A stretch of 63,296 nucleotides of DNA, filler included, from Hyphochytrium catenoides (GCA_900088475.1; 6 parts of 6 records of this genome joined end to end with filler, not necessarily neighbours in it), one strand, 5' to 3'. Positions 38,491 through 52,558 are shown, numbered from the whole stretch's first letter. The notes: generated by a model not told the origin, from the letters alone. A program made the numbers and translations.

Positions 38491-38917
38491 GAGGACGCTA
38501 GGAGAGAGATTTGAGCATGCAAACAAAGAGAGAAAGGAGTGAACCGCCGAGTAGATGGCGGCACAAGAGAAGAAAGTTCGAAAAGAGCTCTGAGCCTTTG
38601 TACGTGACGTCTGCTTCTGAGAGTTATCACCTTGCGAATCCTCTTCCTGAAGTCCTCGATACACTTATAAAAGCAGGTCTTCCACACGGTTTGCTCCACC
38701 TCCTTCTGCTCTGACAGCTCTGGATCTGTCACCAGCAGCAACTCTGCTGTAGCGCAGATCCTAGGTCAGCAGCCGGGGAAGCGATGAGGCGAGGTTAGGA
38801 CAGAGAAGCAGAGAGCAAATGCAGAAGCAGAAAGAAAAAGTTTATGGGAAAGAAAGGGACTTAGACAGACAGCTGAAATGACTAAGAACTGTGACAAAGC
38901 GGAGAGAGAGATAAAGG

Positions 38918-38952
<35 letters not shown>

Positions 38953-39650
38953 AAGAAGAAGAGAGAGAAAGAAGAAGAGAGAGAAAGAGAAGCTGGAGGA
39001 AGTGATATATACGGCGCAAGGTGAGAGGTAAGGAAAGAACGAGAGCGACAGAGGAAGATAGACACATAACAGTGAGAGAGACATCTGCCACTGCCAATGC
39101 GAATGTCGTGGCCGTGCAGGAAAGAGAGAGGCCAGGATAAGGAAGAGAGAGGCGACATCCTAATAAAAGCCCAGCTCTTCGTACTCATTTCTTATGGTGG
39201 TTATCTCCGCGGAGTCAGCTTTCTCCGCACGTGAGAGCTTTCGAAGCCGCTGCTCCAGCTCTGCCAGCTTCCTAGTAGACGAGAGAGAGACCAACAGAGA
39301 GAGAGAGAGCGCGAAGAGAGAGAGAGGAGAGAGAGAGCACAGAGCATAGTAGGAAAAAGCAGGAGGTTGTCAGCGAAGCAAAGGTAGCTGGAACAAGGGG
39401 AGGGAGAGAGACAGAAGAGCAGACCAGAGAGAAGGAGCTACAGAACAAGAGAAAGAAAGGAGAAAAAGAAGCAGACTAGAAGAAGAGGGAAGACGCGAAG
39501 GAGCGAACAAAGAGAGAGAGAGAGAGAACAAGAGAGAGAATCAGCGCTCGCGCGCGCGAGAGAGAGTGAGAGGCAAGCTGATTAAGAATAGCAGTTGGAG
39601 CACCTGTACAGCTCCCTGCCAGCCATTCTTCTGTCATCCATCATGAACAT
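34988..39650 (-). CDS. SMG7: SMG7/Est1-like nonsense-mediated decay / telomerase-associated protein (EST1 + EST1_DNA_bind TPR region)
   Basis: EVEQTVWKTCFYKCIEDFRK; CHRCLIFLGDLARYRE; AESYYHRAIQVVPENGNPHNQLAVLA; YRYCRSL..PFATATENL; FVRLHGILF; LREELELRGFLPL. Low-complexity C-terminus with no PIN domain visible. The exact start and last exon are uncertain. Confidence 0.85.
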
Positions 39651-39665
39651 GAAAAGAGAGTGCGA

Positions 39666-39711
<46 letters not shown>

Positions 39712-39832
39712 CAACGGCAATCTCAGAGTCTATTGCCCTCTTCTCCCTCTCTTTCTAGTCAGCATTCTGCTCTGAGAGGAGAGAAGTGTTTAGCCGATGT
39801 CCGTTGGCTGCTGACTTCGGAACGTCCTCTGC

Positions 39833-39932
39833 NNNNNNNNNNNNNNNNNNNNNNNNNNNNNNNNNNNNNNNNNNNNTTAATTAATTAANNNNNNNNNNNN
39901 NNNNNNNNNNNNNNNNNNNNNNNNNNNNNNNN
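39833..39932. other. Artificial contig linker
   Basis: N run + TTAATTAATTAA (39877-39888) + N run. Confidence 0.97.
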
Positions 39933-40307
39933 AGAGAGAGAGAGAGAGAGAGCGTGAGAGAGAGAGAGAGGAAAGAGGAGAGAAAGAGAGGAAGAGAGAG
40001 AGAGAAAACAGAAAGATGGAAAGCAAACCAGAGGAATAGAGAGAGAGACAACAGAGAGTGGGCGAGAGACAGTGATACTGGAGCCTTAATGGACTGGTAC
40101 AGACACGCCACACTCGAACCCCCATGAGACAGAGCGCTGAAGAGACACGGGGGAAGAGCAGAAGAGCACTGCTCAACATGTGAATTTCTTTAGTGGCAGA
40201 GCTTCCTTCTTCCTCGGGCTGCAGGCGTGGGCTCCCTCATATCCTAACTTTACTTCCCACCGTCACCGCCGTCAGAGCGTGGTCTCTACCACGATCTCAG
40301 CGGCAAG

Positions 40308-43300
40308 ATGGTGAAGAAGAAGAAGCACGATAAAGATAAGTACTATCAGCTTGCGAGGCAGCAGGTAAGCGAGAAGCTCTTCTCTTTTGCTGCTGCGGCA
40401 CCTCTCAGGAAAGTGTCTCTCTCTTACCTTGGCGGGCTCTCTCTTCTGTCTCTTTCCATTGTCGACATTGTAGGGCTATCGCGCTCGATCTGCCTTCAAG
40501 CTGATCCAGCTGAATAAGAAGTATGACTTCTTATCAACGGCAAGGGTCTGCATTGATCTGTGCGCTGCGCCAGGCGGCTGGTGCCAGGTGGCGGCGAAGT
40601 ACATGCCAGCCTCGAGCATTATCTTAGGAATAGATCTACTGCCCATCAGGCCGATACGCAATGTGAAGACCTATGTTTGTGACATTACCACGGCAGAGTA
40701 AGTCTCTTCTCTCCTCTCTGCGCCCAATGTCTCCCATCGTCTCTATGTTTCTTCTTGCAGGCTGGTTGGATATTGTTGGAGCTCACCCTTTCTCTTTCCT
40801 CTTGTTTTCTCTCTCTCTCTCTTCTTTCTTGTCTCTCGGTCGCTTTCAAACCGTTGTCTAGATGCCGCCAGATTATCCGGAAAGAGCTTCAGACCTGGCA
40901 GGCGGACGTCGTACTCTGCGATGGAGCTCCAAACGTTGGTGCAGAATATAGCAAAGATGCATTTGTACAGAACGAGCTTTCTCTTGCGGCACTCAAGCTT
41001 GCGGTTGACGTCCTTGGACCGCACGGCACCTTCGTCTCGAAAGTGTTCCGTTCTGCAGATTACAACGCGCTGCTCTGGGTGTTCAAGCAGCTGTTCAAGA
41101 AAGTCTCAGCTACAAAGCCTCTGTCCTCGAGAAATGAGAGTGCGGAAATCTTCGTGGTGTGCGAGGACTATCTTGCGCCTTCATCGATAGATCCCAAGCT
41201 CTTGGACCCCAAATATGTGTTCCAGCAGCTTGAGGACAAGGGGACGAAGGCCATCAACATCTTCCATCCTAAGTATGGCGTGCAGAGGCGCTTTAGAGAA
41301 GGTCCGTAGGGGATATCAATTCTCTCACCTCCTTTGTCTTTCAACACTTTCCGGTCTGGTTCCGCGTCTCTCGGTCCAGAACTGGCATCAATCTCTAGAG
41401 TCCCTGGCGCGGTGTTTCTCTGTACCGTCTCAGTGCTCTTTGATGCCTAGAGTAAAGTCAAGCGCTGTGCCCTGCCTTACTTATTATGGCCTTACTGGAC
41501 TTACCATGAGCTGAAGGCGTGGGGGCGGCGAGATCTACGACATTGTCTTCTTCTCTCTCTAACTGTCTCTTTCCCTTGTTCTGCTTTACAAGCGCCGTCT
41601 TAGGTTCTCCACCTCTCACACAGTGCCTGTTCTCTCCTTTCTATAGGGTACGATGAGGCTCTGGGTCAGACTCTGCGGAAAGTCCAGACAGTGGGAGAGT
41701 TCATAGAGTGTAAAGACCCTGTTCAAGTCCTTTCAGAAGCCACGGAGCTCTCCTTCGGGCCCGATGACAGTCTTTATCTGCAGCACAAAGACACTACGAA
41801 TGAGATCAGGATTTGTCTCAAGGATCTCAAAGTCCTTGGAAAGCCAGAGTTCAAAATGATCCTCAAGTGGAGGCTTAAGCTAAGGGAATATCGGGAGAGC
41901 TTGTTGAAGGCAGCCAAAGAGGCAGAAGAAGGAGAGAAGGACGACTTAGCAGAAGAAAAGAAACCAGAAGAAGTAGAGGAGGAAGTGGATCCAGAGGAGG
42001 AGCTACAGAACGAGATTCGAGAGCTGAAGGAGAAAGCTTTGGCCAAGAAGAAGAAGGACAAAAAGAGAGTGAGAGAGAGAATGGCAAAAGAGAGAATGAG
42101 AGCAGACCTTGGCATGAAGAATGAATCGATAGAGCTGCCAGAGCATGACAAGATCTTCTCTCTCGCTGCAACTGCGGCGTCTCGCGCGGATATCGAGGGT
42201 CTTGCAGAGGTGTCCCTAGACAAGGTGAACGATCCTACAGAGGATATCAGCAGCGAGGAGGAGGATATGATGGTTAGTCAAGGAGAGACTGAAGATGAAG
42301 ACGACGACGATGAAGAAGAGAGAGCCGTCAAGCTGGAGAGAGATCTGGAGGAGATGTATTCCCAGTATCAGCAACGGAACTCATCACAGCCACAAAAGGA
42401 ACCGGTAAGGAATGCTTTGTCCTCGCATTCCCTCTTTCTTCCCTTTCTGAGTCCACTCTCTCTCGTCCTTTACACTTCAGGGTTCTAAGGCGAAGAAGCG
42501 CTCAAAGATTGCCAAGTTGGCTCTTGCCGGAGAAGCAGCAGCAGAGGATGCAGCGTTATATGACGGCGATAAGGAGTCATATATCAAGCTTCTAGCCAAA
42601 GACGAGGTTGGTCTAATACGTATCTCGCGCGCTCATCGTCACTTCCAAGGACCTTTCTTCTCTCTTCTTCTTCTTTCCACCCACATTCGTGTTACCTGCT
42701 ACGTCTTATTCCTTGGCGTTGGAGGTGTCAGACGTGGGTTAGAACGATGTCCAGCCGGCTCTGTCGGTGCGATTTGTCTGGCGGATCACTGCTTGAATCA
42801 GAGATTCCGTCCTGAATAATCGCCACAGCTTCTCTTTCTCTCTCTTTGTCTTTGCTTCTCATCCCGCCTCTTGCTTGCTCCGCCCTAACGCACCTCTGTC
42901 CTTCTCCCTTTCTCAGGACTCGGATGACTCTGACAGTGACGTTGATGAGAATAACCCTCTTCTTGCTGATCCTCTGGCTCCCACTGCGGACAGCAACGAG
43001 GTCGTCACAAGCCGTTGGTTCAGCAGTAACCCTCTCTTCAAAGAGGTAGAAGAGGAAGAAGAGATCTTGAAGAAACAGATGTCTGCCCTGAAGAGAGGTG
43101 CGGGAGAGGGAGACCGTGATGAGGGAAGAAGAAAGCGACAGAAGAAGACTGAAGCCACTTCAGAGGAAGAGTGGAGCGACGATGATGATGGAGATAAGCT
43201 CCCATCAATCACCAAGATCAAGACCGAGAAGGAGAAGAGAAGGGAGAAGAGGAAGCTGGCCCTGGAAAAGTAAGTTTAGGCCACACAATGAAGAGAGATA

Positions 43301-44631
43301 GAGTCGATGGAGCAATGATGAAGCAAAATTTTTGCACGTCAGTGGGAGCGGCGCTCTTGTCTCAGGAGCCAGCGTAACTGCTGGCAGAACCCCCTGGGAG
43401 CGAGCGCTGTCGTTGACCGCAAACCGCTACACAGCTGTCTGATGCTCCATGTGTCCTGCACTCTCTTTCTTCCTCTTTCCCTCTATATTAATCTCTATTC
43501 TCTCTCTTCCTCGGATGCTGCAACCCCTTCTCTGCCACACCATCAGTTCTCTCACGCTTCCTACGCTGTTGGCCTTTGCCTTAGGAATGCCAAGAAAGAG
43601 GAGAAGAGGCGCAAGATGATGGACATTGACTTTGACATCACGGCTCCACAGGAGTCTCTTCTTGCTAAGAAGAAGGCTGTCCAGAGCCACGATCCAGAAG
43701 AGAGAGAAGAAACTGCTGAGCAGAAGAAGAGAAAGGCCCTCATCCGGGCCGGCATGGGCAGAGCGGCAAGGGAGGAAGAAGAGCAGCAGCAGCAGAGCAA
43801 AGACGGAGGAGAGAAAGGCGTCTCTTTTGAGGTGGTGGAAGGGAGAGAGGTGATGGACGAGCGGCAGTATGACTCGGACAATGAGTTCTATGACGCAGAG
43901 GACTATGCACGGACCTTAGCCATCGGCACAATGATGCTGAACAAGACCAAAGCCAAGGTAGTAAAGGCGTGTCTGACTCTGAAGAGTGACAACGTCTCTC
44001 TGTCTGTCTTTCTTTGTCCATGAGATCTGTCTTTCTCTCGAATCTTGGCTTGCGGTCTGGCACCAGATGTAGAAGGCCTCTGATGAACTCTCTCTCTCTT
44101 CTCTTTTTTTCGGTGAAGGAGCTGGTGGATGCAAGCTACAATCGGTTCACTTGGAACGATGACGATTCTCTCCCTTCTTGGTTTGTTGATGATGAAGAGA
44201 AGCATTACAAAGCTCAAGTTCCTATCCCCAAGGCGCTAATGGACAAGATGAGAGAAAAGTTCCTCTCTCTCGCGACCAAGCCCATCAAGAAAGTAGCAGA
44301 GGCAAAGATGAGGAAGAAGAGAAAACTGTTGAAGAAAATGAAAGCAGCGAAGAAGAAGGCTGAAGAGATTGCCAACATGCAGGAGATGACGACCAGAGAG
44401 AAGGCCAAAGCTATCGATAAAGCGATGAAGAACACGAAGAACACGGGCAAGAAGAGTAAGGTCTTTGTCGTGGCCAAGAAGGGAGGAAGGGCCAGCACCG
44501 TTGGAGCAGCAGGAAAGAAGGCAAAGGGCGCTAAGGTCAAGTTTGTGGACGGCAGAATGAAGAAAGATCTTAGAGCCCAGAAGAGGGCGGAGAGCAAGAA
44601 GAAGGGAGGCAAGCGGGGCAAGAGAAAGTAA
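40308..44631 (+). CDS. SPB1: Pre-rRNA 2'-O-ribose methyltransferase Spb1/FTSJ3
   Basis: [10 protein letters not shown]|[17 protein letters not shown]; [13 protein letters not shown]; [12 protein letters not shown]; [13 protein letters not shown]; [13 protein letters not shown]; [17 protein letters not shown]. Spb1_C region [42 protein letters not shown]. Confidence 0.97.
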
Positions 44632-45453
44632 ACAGAGGGAGCGCGGCCGCGCACTCGCTTCTCTGTTCGTCTCTCTACTATGTTGTGCTAGTAGATATGT
44701 ATAGTCTTGGTCTATTTATTAGCTTCTCACAGCTCACTGTGAAGGGATAAGCCATTCATAAAGGACAACGCAATGTATACTCAGACACCAGTAGAGTTGT
44801 TGCCGCCTCGGCCTGCCTCTGTTCAGTTCGTGCTCTCTATGCTTATATCGCCGGGACCTCCCCAAGATGATCAAAGCGCACCTGCTACGACGATGAAAGA
44901 GATCAACATCATTTAGACCCAGGGCCACAAGAAATGCAATGAGGCATACGAAGAGGGGATAAAGAAGACACACTCAACCACTTTGATGAACATGTAGCAG
45001 GCAGAGGAGCGTCCGGATCGATCTTCAGATATTGAGTTTGGAGCTGCAATGACGAAGCTTCAATGGAGCTCCACTTTTCTATTGCCACTAGACAACCCAA
45101 AATAGCAGAGATCATAAAAAGCTGATAAAAAACAAAAGATATTATAAAATAAAGCTGAGCGAACTACACGACAGCGGCTCGTTTAAACTCATAAAACAGA
45201 AAAGATTAAATCAGAATTTATTGGACTTTGGTTTGCTCCATTCTGACCATCGCCAGAAAGGCAAACAAAAATCTTCAGACTCAGTCCCTTCCAGACTCAG
45301 TCTCTTCCTTGCTGCAGACTCTTTTTCTATGAAGCTTGGCTCTCTCTATGCGCTGTACCGCCCACAACTCAGATTATAGGCCATAGTAAGGCATCTCTAC
45401 CTTCCGCAGAGAGTGAATAACTTGTCAGAGGAACTGAGAATAGTAAAGCAGAG

Positions 45454-47692
45454 ATGCGGCGTGGAAGAGGGGCGGAGAATGTCCTCCAAAAGCTGGAGAG
45501 AAAAGTGGATGAAGGTGACTTCTATGAGGCGCTGCAGATCTATAAGACGCTTTACTCCAGGTAAAACTTCTCTTCACGCCTGTTCTTCTTCAACCTTTTA
45601 CCATCGCTAAGTCATGGTATAGACGCTGACCCTTCTCTCTCTTCTCCTCTTCCTCTCCTTTTCACACAGGCACCTGAACAATCAGGAGGCGGACAAAGCT
45701 CGAGAAATAGCGCTGGCGGGATGCATAGTGATGATCAAGCACCGACAGGTGTCTCCTCTTGCCGTTAACACGTCCTTCTTGGTCTTTTCCTTCATCTTCA
45801 TTCCCTTCGTCGTTCTCTCTGTTTCTGTCTTACACAGACCCAGACACCCATACACTCTCTCTTCTTTTTTTTTGCTCGTCTCTCTTTCTCTCTCTCTTCG
45901 TCTCTCCTCTCCCTGTCCGTTTTGCCTCACACGACTTCTCTCCTGGCTTTTCTTCAGTTCACTGCTGCGGCAGAGCTCTCCAACCTCATCCTAGAGCTCT
46001 TCAACAAGGAGAAGGTGCCAGTCGATAGCAGTAGCAAAGGTAGGCAGGTTGCTCTGCCCACTATAGTCAGTCTCTTTCAAGCCCAGCTTACCCTCAGTCT
46101 CTCTCCCTCGTAGGCATCGTCAAGCAAGTAGATGAAGCCTTTGCTGGCGTTGCTCCCGAAGGAACAGAGCAGCGTATCGCCTTTCTTCGTTCTGCTGTCA
46201 GGTAAGATTGATTACCAAGCGATACCTGGCACAGCGCAGTCCCTCGTTGCTCTATGATAAACATCGGCGTCCTTTCCCTTTCTTCTTATCCTCTTCCTCT
46301 CTCTCATGCTCTCTGTTCTCTCCCTCACTCTTCATGTTTCTCTCCTCTAACCTCTCGTGCTCCTGCTTCACAGATGGTCTTCAAAGGTTGGCAGCCGTGC
46401 GAATGGGGATCCTGAAATCCAATTATGGACAGGAAACGTTTATAGAGCAGCAGGTGACCAACCGTACCAATCGTATTGGCTTCATTTGCCGCACAGTCGC
46501 TTCCAATCTGTGTCTCTCTCTGTCAATCTCTCTCTAGCGCCCTTTAACACCTCAATCCCGCCCCTTCTCTCATATCGTCTCTCGTTTTTTTCTCTCTTCG
46601 TTTGTCTCTCTCTTCTCTCGTTCCCCTGTATGCTTCTGACGCCTTACCTTCGGTAATGGTTGTCTCAATACTCTTCGCTTGAGCTTGACCTTTATAAACT
46701 TCCTCCCCTGCAGAAGACTATGGTTCAGCTGTGCGGCACTACCTCCATGCTGAGCAGCCAACAATGTAAGGCTGTGGCATAAGGACCGGCACCTTCCATA
46801 CACCTCCAAGTTGAATCTTTTCTGTTCTCTCTCGCTTCCGCTCCCTCGCTCTCTTCGGCGCTCTCTGTCTCTTTCTTACCTCTCCTCTCCTTCTCTCTCT
46901 CTCTCTCTCTCTCGCTCTCNNNNNNNNNNNNNNNNNNNNNNNNNNNNNNNNNNNNNNNNNNNNNNNNNNNNNNTCTCTCTCTCTCTCTCTCTCTCCCTCT
47001 TTCTGTCTTTCTCCTCTTTGTCAACGTTTTCTACTTTTGGCGTTGGTAGTTGAAAGGGCATTTTATACTGCTTCTTTCTTTATTTATGATTCGATTCTTA
47101 GATCACAGTCTTAGAACGCCCTGTTCTTCATTCGTCGTCTCTCTTCCCCTAAAGACTTCTTGCGGCGTCATCTCTCTCCTTTTCTCTACATGCCACTCTC
47201 TCCCTTTCTTTGTTGCTATTCTATTTCTAACCTCATGCGGTGTCATGCTCGTAGCTTAGCGGACACCTTGGTAGAGTGGAGCTTGAAGGGCTATAAGAAT
47301 GAAAGAGATCTTTTCCTGGCGAGGGCTATTTTCCAGTCAGTCTTTCTCTAAACTCATAGCCATGCCTTTTCTCGGTTCTCTGTCTCTTTCTTTCTCTCCT
47401 CACTACTCCCTCCCTCTATCCCTCTCTGTCCTCTTTCCATGATCCACCCGACTCTCGATCTCTCTTCAAACTAGGGCGAAACTCCACCAATAAGCCTGAT
47501 TCATTTCTCTGCTTATCCCTTTATGACTCCTAACGTCCTCCCTGCCGCTATCTTCTCTCCCTCACTCTCTCTCTCTCTCGTTCTCTCTCTCTCTCTCTGT
47601 CTATCTCTGACTGTTTCTTTCTCTCTCTCTCTCTCTATCTCTNNNNNNNNNNNNNNNNNNNNNNNNNNNNNNNNNNNNNNNNNNNNNNNNNN

Positions 47693-47726
<34 letters not shown>

Positions 47727-48582
47727 ATACTGTGGAAAGCAGACTTTTAAGCTTAGAGAACCTTCGCGATGCCAACCTGGTCTATGAAAGGTTCATGAAG
47801 AGGATGGAGGAGGAAGGGAACAAGGTGGACACGCCGCTAACGAACTATCTAAACTTTCTACTGCAGACACTACAGGTAGCGATGAGAAACAAGGAGAAGT
47901 AGTACTAGCCTGAAGAGAAAGAGATGAGATCCAGGCATAGGAGGCCGCCAAATAGATGGATGATATCCAAAGGGGCAAGAAGGAAAGAAAGAGAGAGAAA
48001 GACACAAAGAGAGCGAGAGAGAGAGAGAGACACTTCCCTTCGTACTGACCCTCTGTCTTTCTCTCTCTCTTTGCCAGCGCGATGCCCTTCCCCTATTTCA
48101 GATGCTCGAAGAGAAGTACGCGCCGTCATTAGCTAGAGATCCGTCCTTTAGACAGGTGTCTGAAAAGAGCACGTGCCTCCTCTCTTTCCTTTCTCTGCTG
48201 CTACCTCTTCTTCCTTCCACGCTTTCCAACGCAAGGGGTTTTATCTCCCTCACCTTCCTTCTCTCTTTCTCTCTCCCTCACTTCTCGTCTAATTCTTGTG
48301 CTTCTTGTCTCTAAATCTTGCGAAGTCTACTCCTTCATCCTCTCTCCTTCTTATTGGTTTCCTCTCAATCGCTCATCTTTAACTTCGCCGTAGAGTCCTT
48401 TGCCTTTCTCCCCGAGTCTGAGCCTGCTTTCTTCTCGGCTACTGCGTGTTCCTCCGCCCTCTTTGTATGCTTTCTATCCCTTCGCGCAGTATCTTGGGAT
48501 CATAGGACAAAAGTTTTACGGACTCCAGCCTCCTGCTACTGGCCTCTCGGCGCTGATGAACTTGTTGGGCGGAGGAATGTAG
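45454..48582 (+). CDS. GET4: Golgi-to-ER traffic protein 4 (GET4/TRC35), 10 exons
   Basis: Spliced: KLERKVDEGDFYEALQIYKTLYSR; AAAELS; RWSSKVG..GDPEIQ; AVRHYLH; ERDLFLARAIFQLLSLENLRDAN; TPLTNYLNFLLQTLQRDA..YAPSLARDPSF..YLGIIGQKFYG. Confidence 0.93.
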
Positions 48583-48795
48583 ACAAGCTCCGAAGCGCGT
48601 GTAGAGAGCCATGAGAGAGAGAGACGCAGAGAAAAGAGAGAAAAGAATGAAGAGAGAGCAGTACATTCTAAAGCCAGAAGCTCTGCGAAAGAAGAAAGTC
48701 ATGATGTAGCCTTCACACCTTACTTCTCTACCCCTGTAACTAAGCTCTATTCTCTTTTCTACCATCTGAGAAGACACGTCGACCAACAGAGGTGG

Positions 48796-48844
<49 letters not shown>

Positions 48845-49127
48845 GAGAGAGAGAGAGAGAGAGAGAAATCGAAGTTCCTGAGGAGTATAACCCCTCTCTC
48901 TTGCTTTCTCTCTCTTAAAATATATCCACCTCGTCGCTCTCCGTCTTCTTTATCTCTCTCAAAATTTTATAGGTCCTGAGCGTCCAAAATATTTGTCTCT
49001 TTTCTTTGCGCAGCTTGCTTGAAAAAATTGTTCTCTCTATAATTAGATTGAGGAAGAGATAAGGGCAACTATCGTTTCTCCTGCTAGTCCAACGGCCACT
49101 CTTCCCTCTTTCTCTCTCCTTGGGATG

Positions 49128-50131
49128 TTAGTCAGCCTTCTTGGACCTACGTCTGGCGCTGTCTCTCGCCTGAGGCCCGTCCAAGGCAAAGTGCCTGCTG
49201 TCCCTGGTGCTGGGCTCCTCTGCTGGTGAACGTGGACTGTAAAGGACCCAGTCAAGATTACCCTAGGAAATAAAAGGAAAAAGCAAAGAGAGAGAGGAGA
49301 GAGTCAGATAACCCTACTGGACCGGGAGAATAGTAACGAGAAACGACAGTTCTCTGTCACTTCTTCTCCCTTTAACTGCCACGCTCTCTCTCTTGTGCCT
49401 CTCTCTTTCCTCTTTGTGCTCTCTTTCTTTTTACCCTCTCATATAAGCTCAACAGTCTTCAAGACGTCTTACTCCCTATATCTATGTCTCGACTCCTATC
49501 GCACCGCCTGACCTGAGTTCCTCGATACTTGGCCTTCCAAACAAAGTAACTCGTAAAGAAGACTGTCAGAAGAGAGAGAGAGACAGCCCAAGAATATTTC
49601 ACTTCAGAAGGGAAAGGCTCTGAGAACATGTCTCCCCTGTGCTTAACAATGAAGACGACCTCTGTCACCAGCACGCCAATGCACAGCCACGCCCTAGGGC
49701 CAAGCTTCTTTGCGTGTGGTCGAGTGAGGAACAAATAGAACTCGGCAATGCCGTAGCTTCCAGCGGAGAAGACGAGGAAGAGTCGGTAGATGTTGAGAGG
49801 GTTGGGCGGAGGGATCCAAAGGATAGCCTAAGATGACGGAGAGAGAGAGCGAGAGAGCGCGGAAGCAGATTAGACAGAGAGAGAATGAAAAATGTAAGTA
49901 GCGATCCTGCTAAGAGTAGGAAACAGAGAGGTGGAAGAGCGCTGCAAAGGGATGAGAGACTTATGACCTTGAAAGGGCAAGGAGGATATGCATAGCTCCG
50001 GGCACAAAGTTGATGCTTAGAGCCAAGCAAGAGACAGAGAGAAGTCCAAGCTACGGGAAAGGGAAAGGGCATAGACAGGACAGGCCGTCCAAGACGAGAG
50101 ATCGCGATTCCGTACAATGGACCAACATACC

Positions 50132-50172
<41 letters not shown>

Positions 50173-52110
50173 AAAGGGCAGAATAAACAGAGGTCTCTCA
50201 CCTTAAGGAAAAAAGCATTGAGCAGCATGACGGAGATGCCGACAATCATAAACATGACAAAGAAGAACCGTGAAGGAGACTCAAAGACGCCCCAACGGTA
50301 TCTGATCCAGCCAGCTGGCATCAAGAAGCTCATAGCTTTATCTGCTGCCCCCCAGGCAGCCTCTCTCTTTCTCCTTTGTTTCCCTTCTTCTTTCCTCTCC
50401 TGGTCTCCGTCTTGGCTCTCTGCCGCTTTAGACTGGTCAAGCTTGATGGCCATCCAGTTGTACTGCTTCATCTCAAACCACTTGCACGTCTTCATTCCTA
50501 AGTAAATGCCCAGCGCGTTGCAGATTAGCACGTCAAAGAAGACGTGGTCCCACCTACAGTCGATATAGCAGGAAGAGATAAGTGAAAATGTGTGAGCGGA
50601 GGACATGCCAGAAGAGAGAAAAGGGAGAGAAAAGAGAAAGGGCGAGAGAAAGGCACACACTGTTAGAGGAAGGAAAGAGAACTGACAGTGAGGCGCCTAG
50701 ACTGCGAGCCAGAATAAGGGAAGTAGAGAAGGCGGGACAATGACATGACTCTCTGCTGTCCTGTCCCCTGACTCTTTCTCTCTCTCTCTGTCTCTCCCTG
50801 TCTCTCTCTCTCTCTGTCTCTCTCTCCTCTCTTCCCTGGCACTGACTCACCAGCATTCATTGAAGTTGGGCAGCCAATGCGAGAAAGTCATCTCATAAAA
50901 CTCAAAGAGAATGCTCAGTGTCCAGCATATAAAGTAATCCCTAATCTAGAGACCGCAAGAGAGACATGAACAAGATTCCTTAGGGCTGGAAAAAGAGAAG
51001 GGAGAGAGAGAGAAAGGAAGAAAGAAAGGGAGAAAGAGAGGTAAAAGCGACAGCGCTAGAGAGGATCAAGAGAGGAGATATGGAGGTGGCGTAGTACCCC
51101 TTGCCCCTTCCGCATTCACTTCTCATCGCGCCTTCAAGGTAACATCTGACGTCTTTCCTTTCTTTTCTTCTTCGCTCATTGGCTTGCCTTTCTCCTCTCA
51201 CAAAGCGCCTCTCTTCGCTCCCCCTCTTAGTATTTTTTCTCTCTCTCTCTCTCTCTTAGTTCTCTGTCTCTGCCTCTCTTCCTCCCCCCTTTTTTCTCTC
51301 TCTCTCTCCTCTCTCCCCTGCTTCTCTTCTCTTCATTGTTAGGATGTTTGCTCACCATGAGGGTTCCGACGAACCATCCTATAGCGTGCATGAGGACGAA
51401 TTCATCGAAGAGCGTGTCTCTTAAGTTTCTGAAGGAAGAGGAAGGATCCTCGGGTGTGTAGACCCGACAGTCCTCTCCGTACGCTCTCTCAGGAAGCTCA
51501 ACTCCAAGGGAAGGGTCCAAGTACTTCAGCAGCCGACGAGCATCATCTGTGCTCTAAGTGAGGGAAAAGACAACGAGAGAGAAGCAGAAAGAGGGAGAAG
51601 CAGAAAGAGAGTGTGAGAAACAGATAGACAGAAGCTTTAGGAAGAGGTTGAGGCGTGCTAGAGACAGAAGGAACAGAAAAAGGAAGTACAGAAGAAAGAG
51701 AGAGGGACAGAGAGACCAAGAGAGAGGGGACAAGGAATGCGGAAAGGGCAGGTGCGGAAAGGGGGAAGAGGAAGAAAGAGAGAGAGAAAAGACTTGGTAG
51801 GTTGCGAACTTTGAGAGACAGTTACCGCGGAGAGCTGTGATACCAAAGGAGAGCCAATGCAGGAAAGTAAACGAAAAGAATAGACCACAAAGCGGAGACA
51901 TGGGAGGAGAGAGGGAGAGAGAAAGAGCGGCGGAAGACCCACGACATGGACAAAAGGGAGACAGAGAAGCTGGATACTCTCTACCTGAAAGAGCAAGAAG
52001 ACGAGGAACATCTCATACAGGATGAAGCAGCCGGTCACCAGGCGCCAGACAACGGGATGAGGACGGATAAAGTGACCATCACGCAGCTGAACGTACGGAC
52101 AGTGCAGAGG
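49128..52110 (-). CDS. PTDSS: Phosphatidylserine synthase, base-exchange type (PTDSS/PSS); 5'-truncated at the contig end
   Basis: [16 protein letters not shown]; [26 protein letters not shown]; [12 protein letters not shown]; [35 protein letters not shown]; LNAFFLK. Last exon ends RRRSKKAD*, a KKxx ER-retrieval motif. Confidence 0.93.
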
Positions 52111-52179
52111 AAAGATCGAGAGGCAAGGTTTAGCACTTGGGAAAAGAACGGAGAGAGGAGAGAGACAGAGAGAGAGAGA

Positions 52180-52215
<36 letters not shown>

Positions 52216-52458
52216 AGGAGAGAGAGAGGAGAAGGAGAGAGATGAAGACAGAGAAAGAGAATAATGGAGAAAGGAATAGAGAGCGAGAAGGGACGGGGGA
52301 GAGGGGGAAGAGGCACCAAAAGAGGGAGAGCGGACGGAGAGGTAAAATGGCAGGCAAGGGCATGAACATACCATAGCAAGAGGCTCTGTGACAGAGGGAA
52401 AGAAAGAAACAACAAGGGTGAAAGTGGAGGCACCCAGCGAAGAGAGAGAGAGAGAGAG

Positions 52459-52558
52459 NNNNNNNNNNNNNNNNNNNNNNNNNNNNNNNNNNNNNNNNNN
52501 NNTTAATTAATTAANNNNNNNNNNNNNNNNNNNNNNNNNNNNNNNNNNNNNNNNNNNN
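52459..52558. other. Artificial contig linker
   Basis: N run + TTAATTAATTAA (52503-52514) + N run. Confidence 0.97.

Noticed and set aside
39650-40308. SMG7 and SPB1 as a divergent RNA-metabolism pair
   Set aside because: A contig linker (39833-39932) lies between them, so the adjacency is not evidence of linkage.
15275-52110. Lipid-signalling cluster (GPCR-PIPK, GBA, PSS, C2 protein)
   Set aside because: The genes lie on three different contigs. Only PIPK and GBA are truly adjacent, with no evidence of a functional link.
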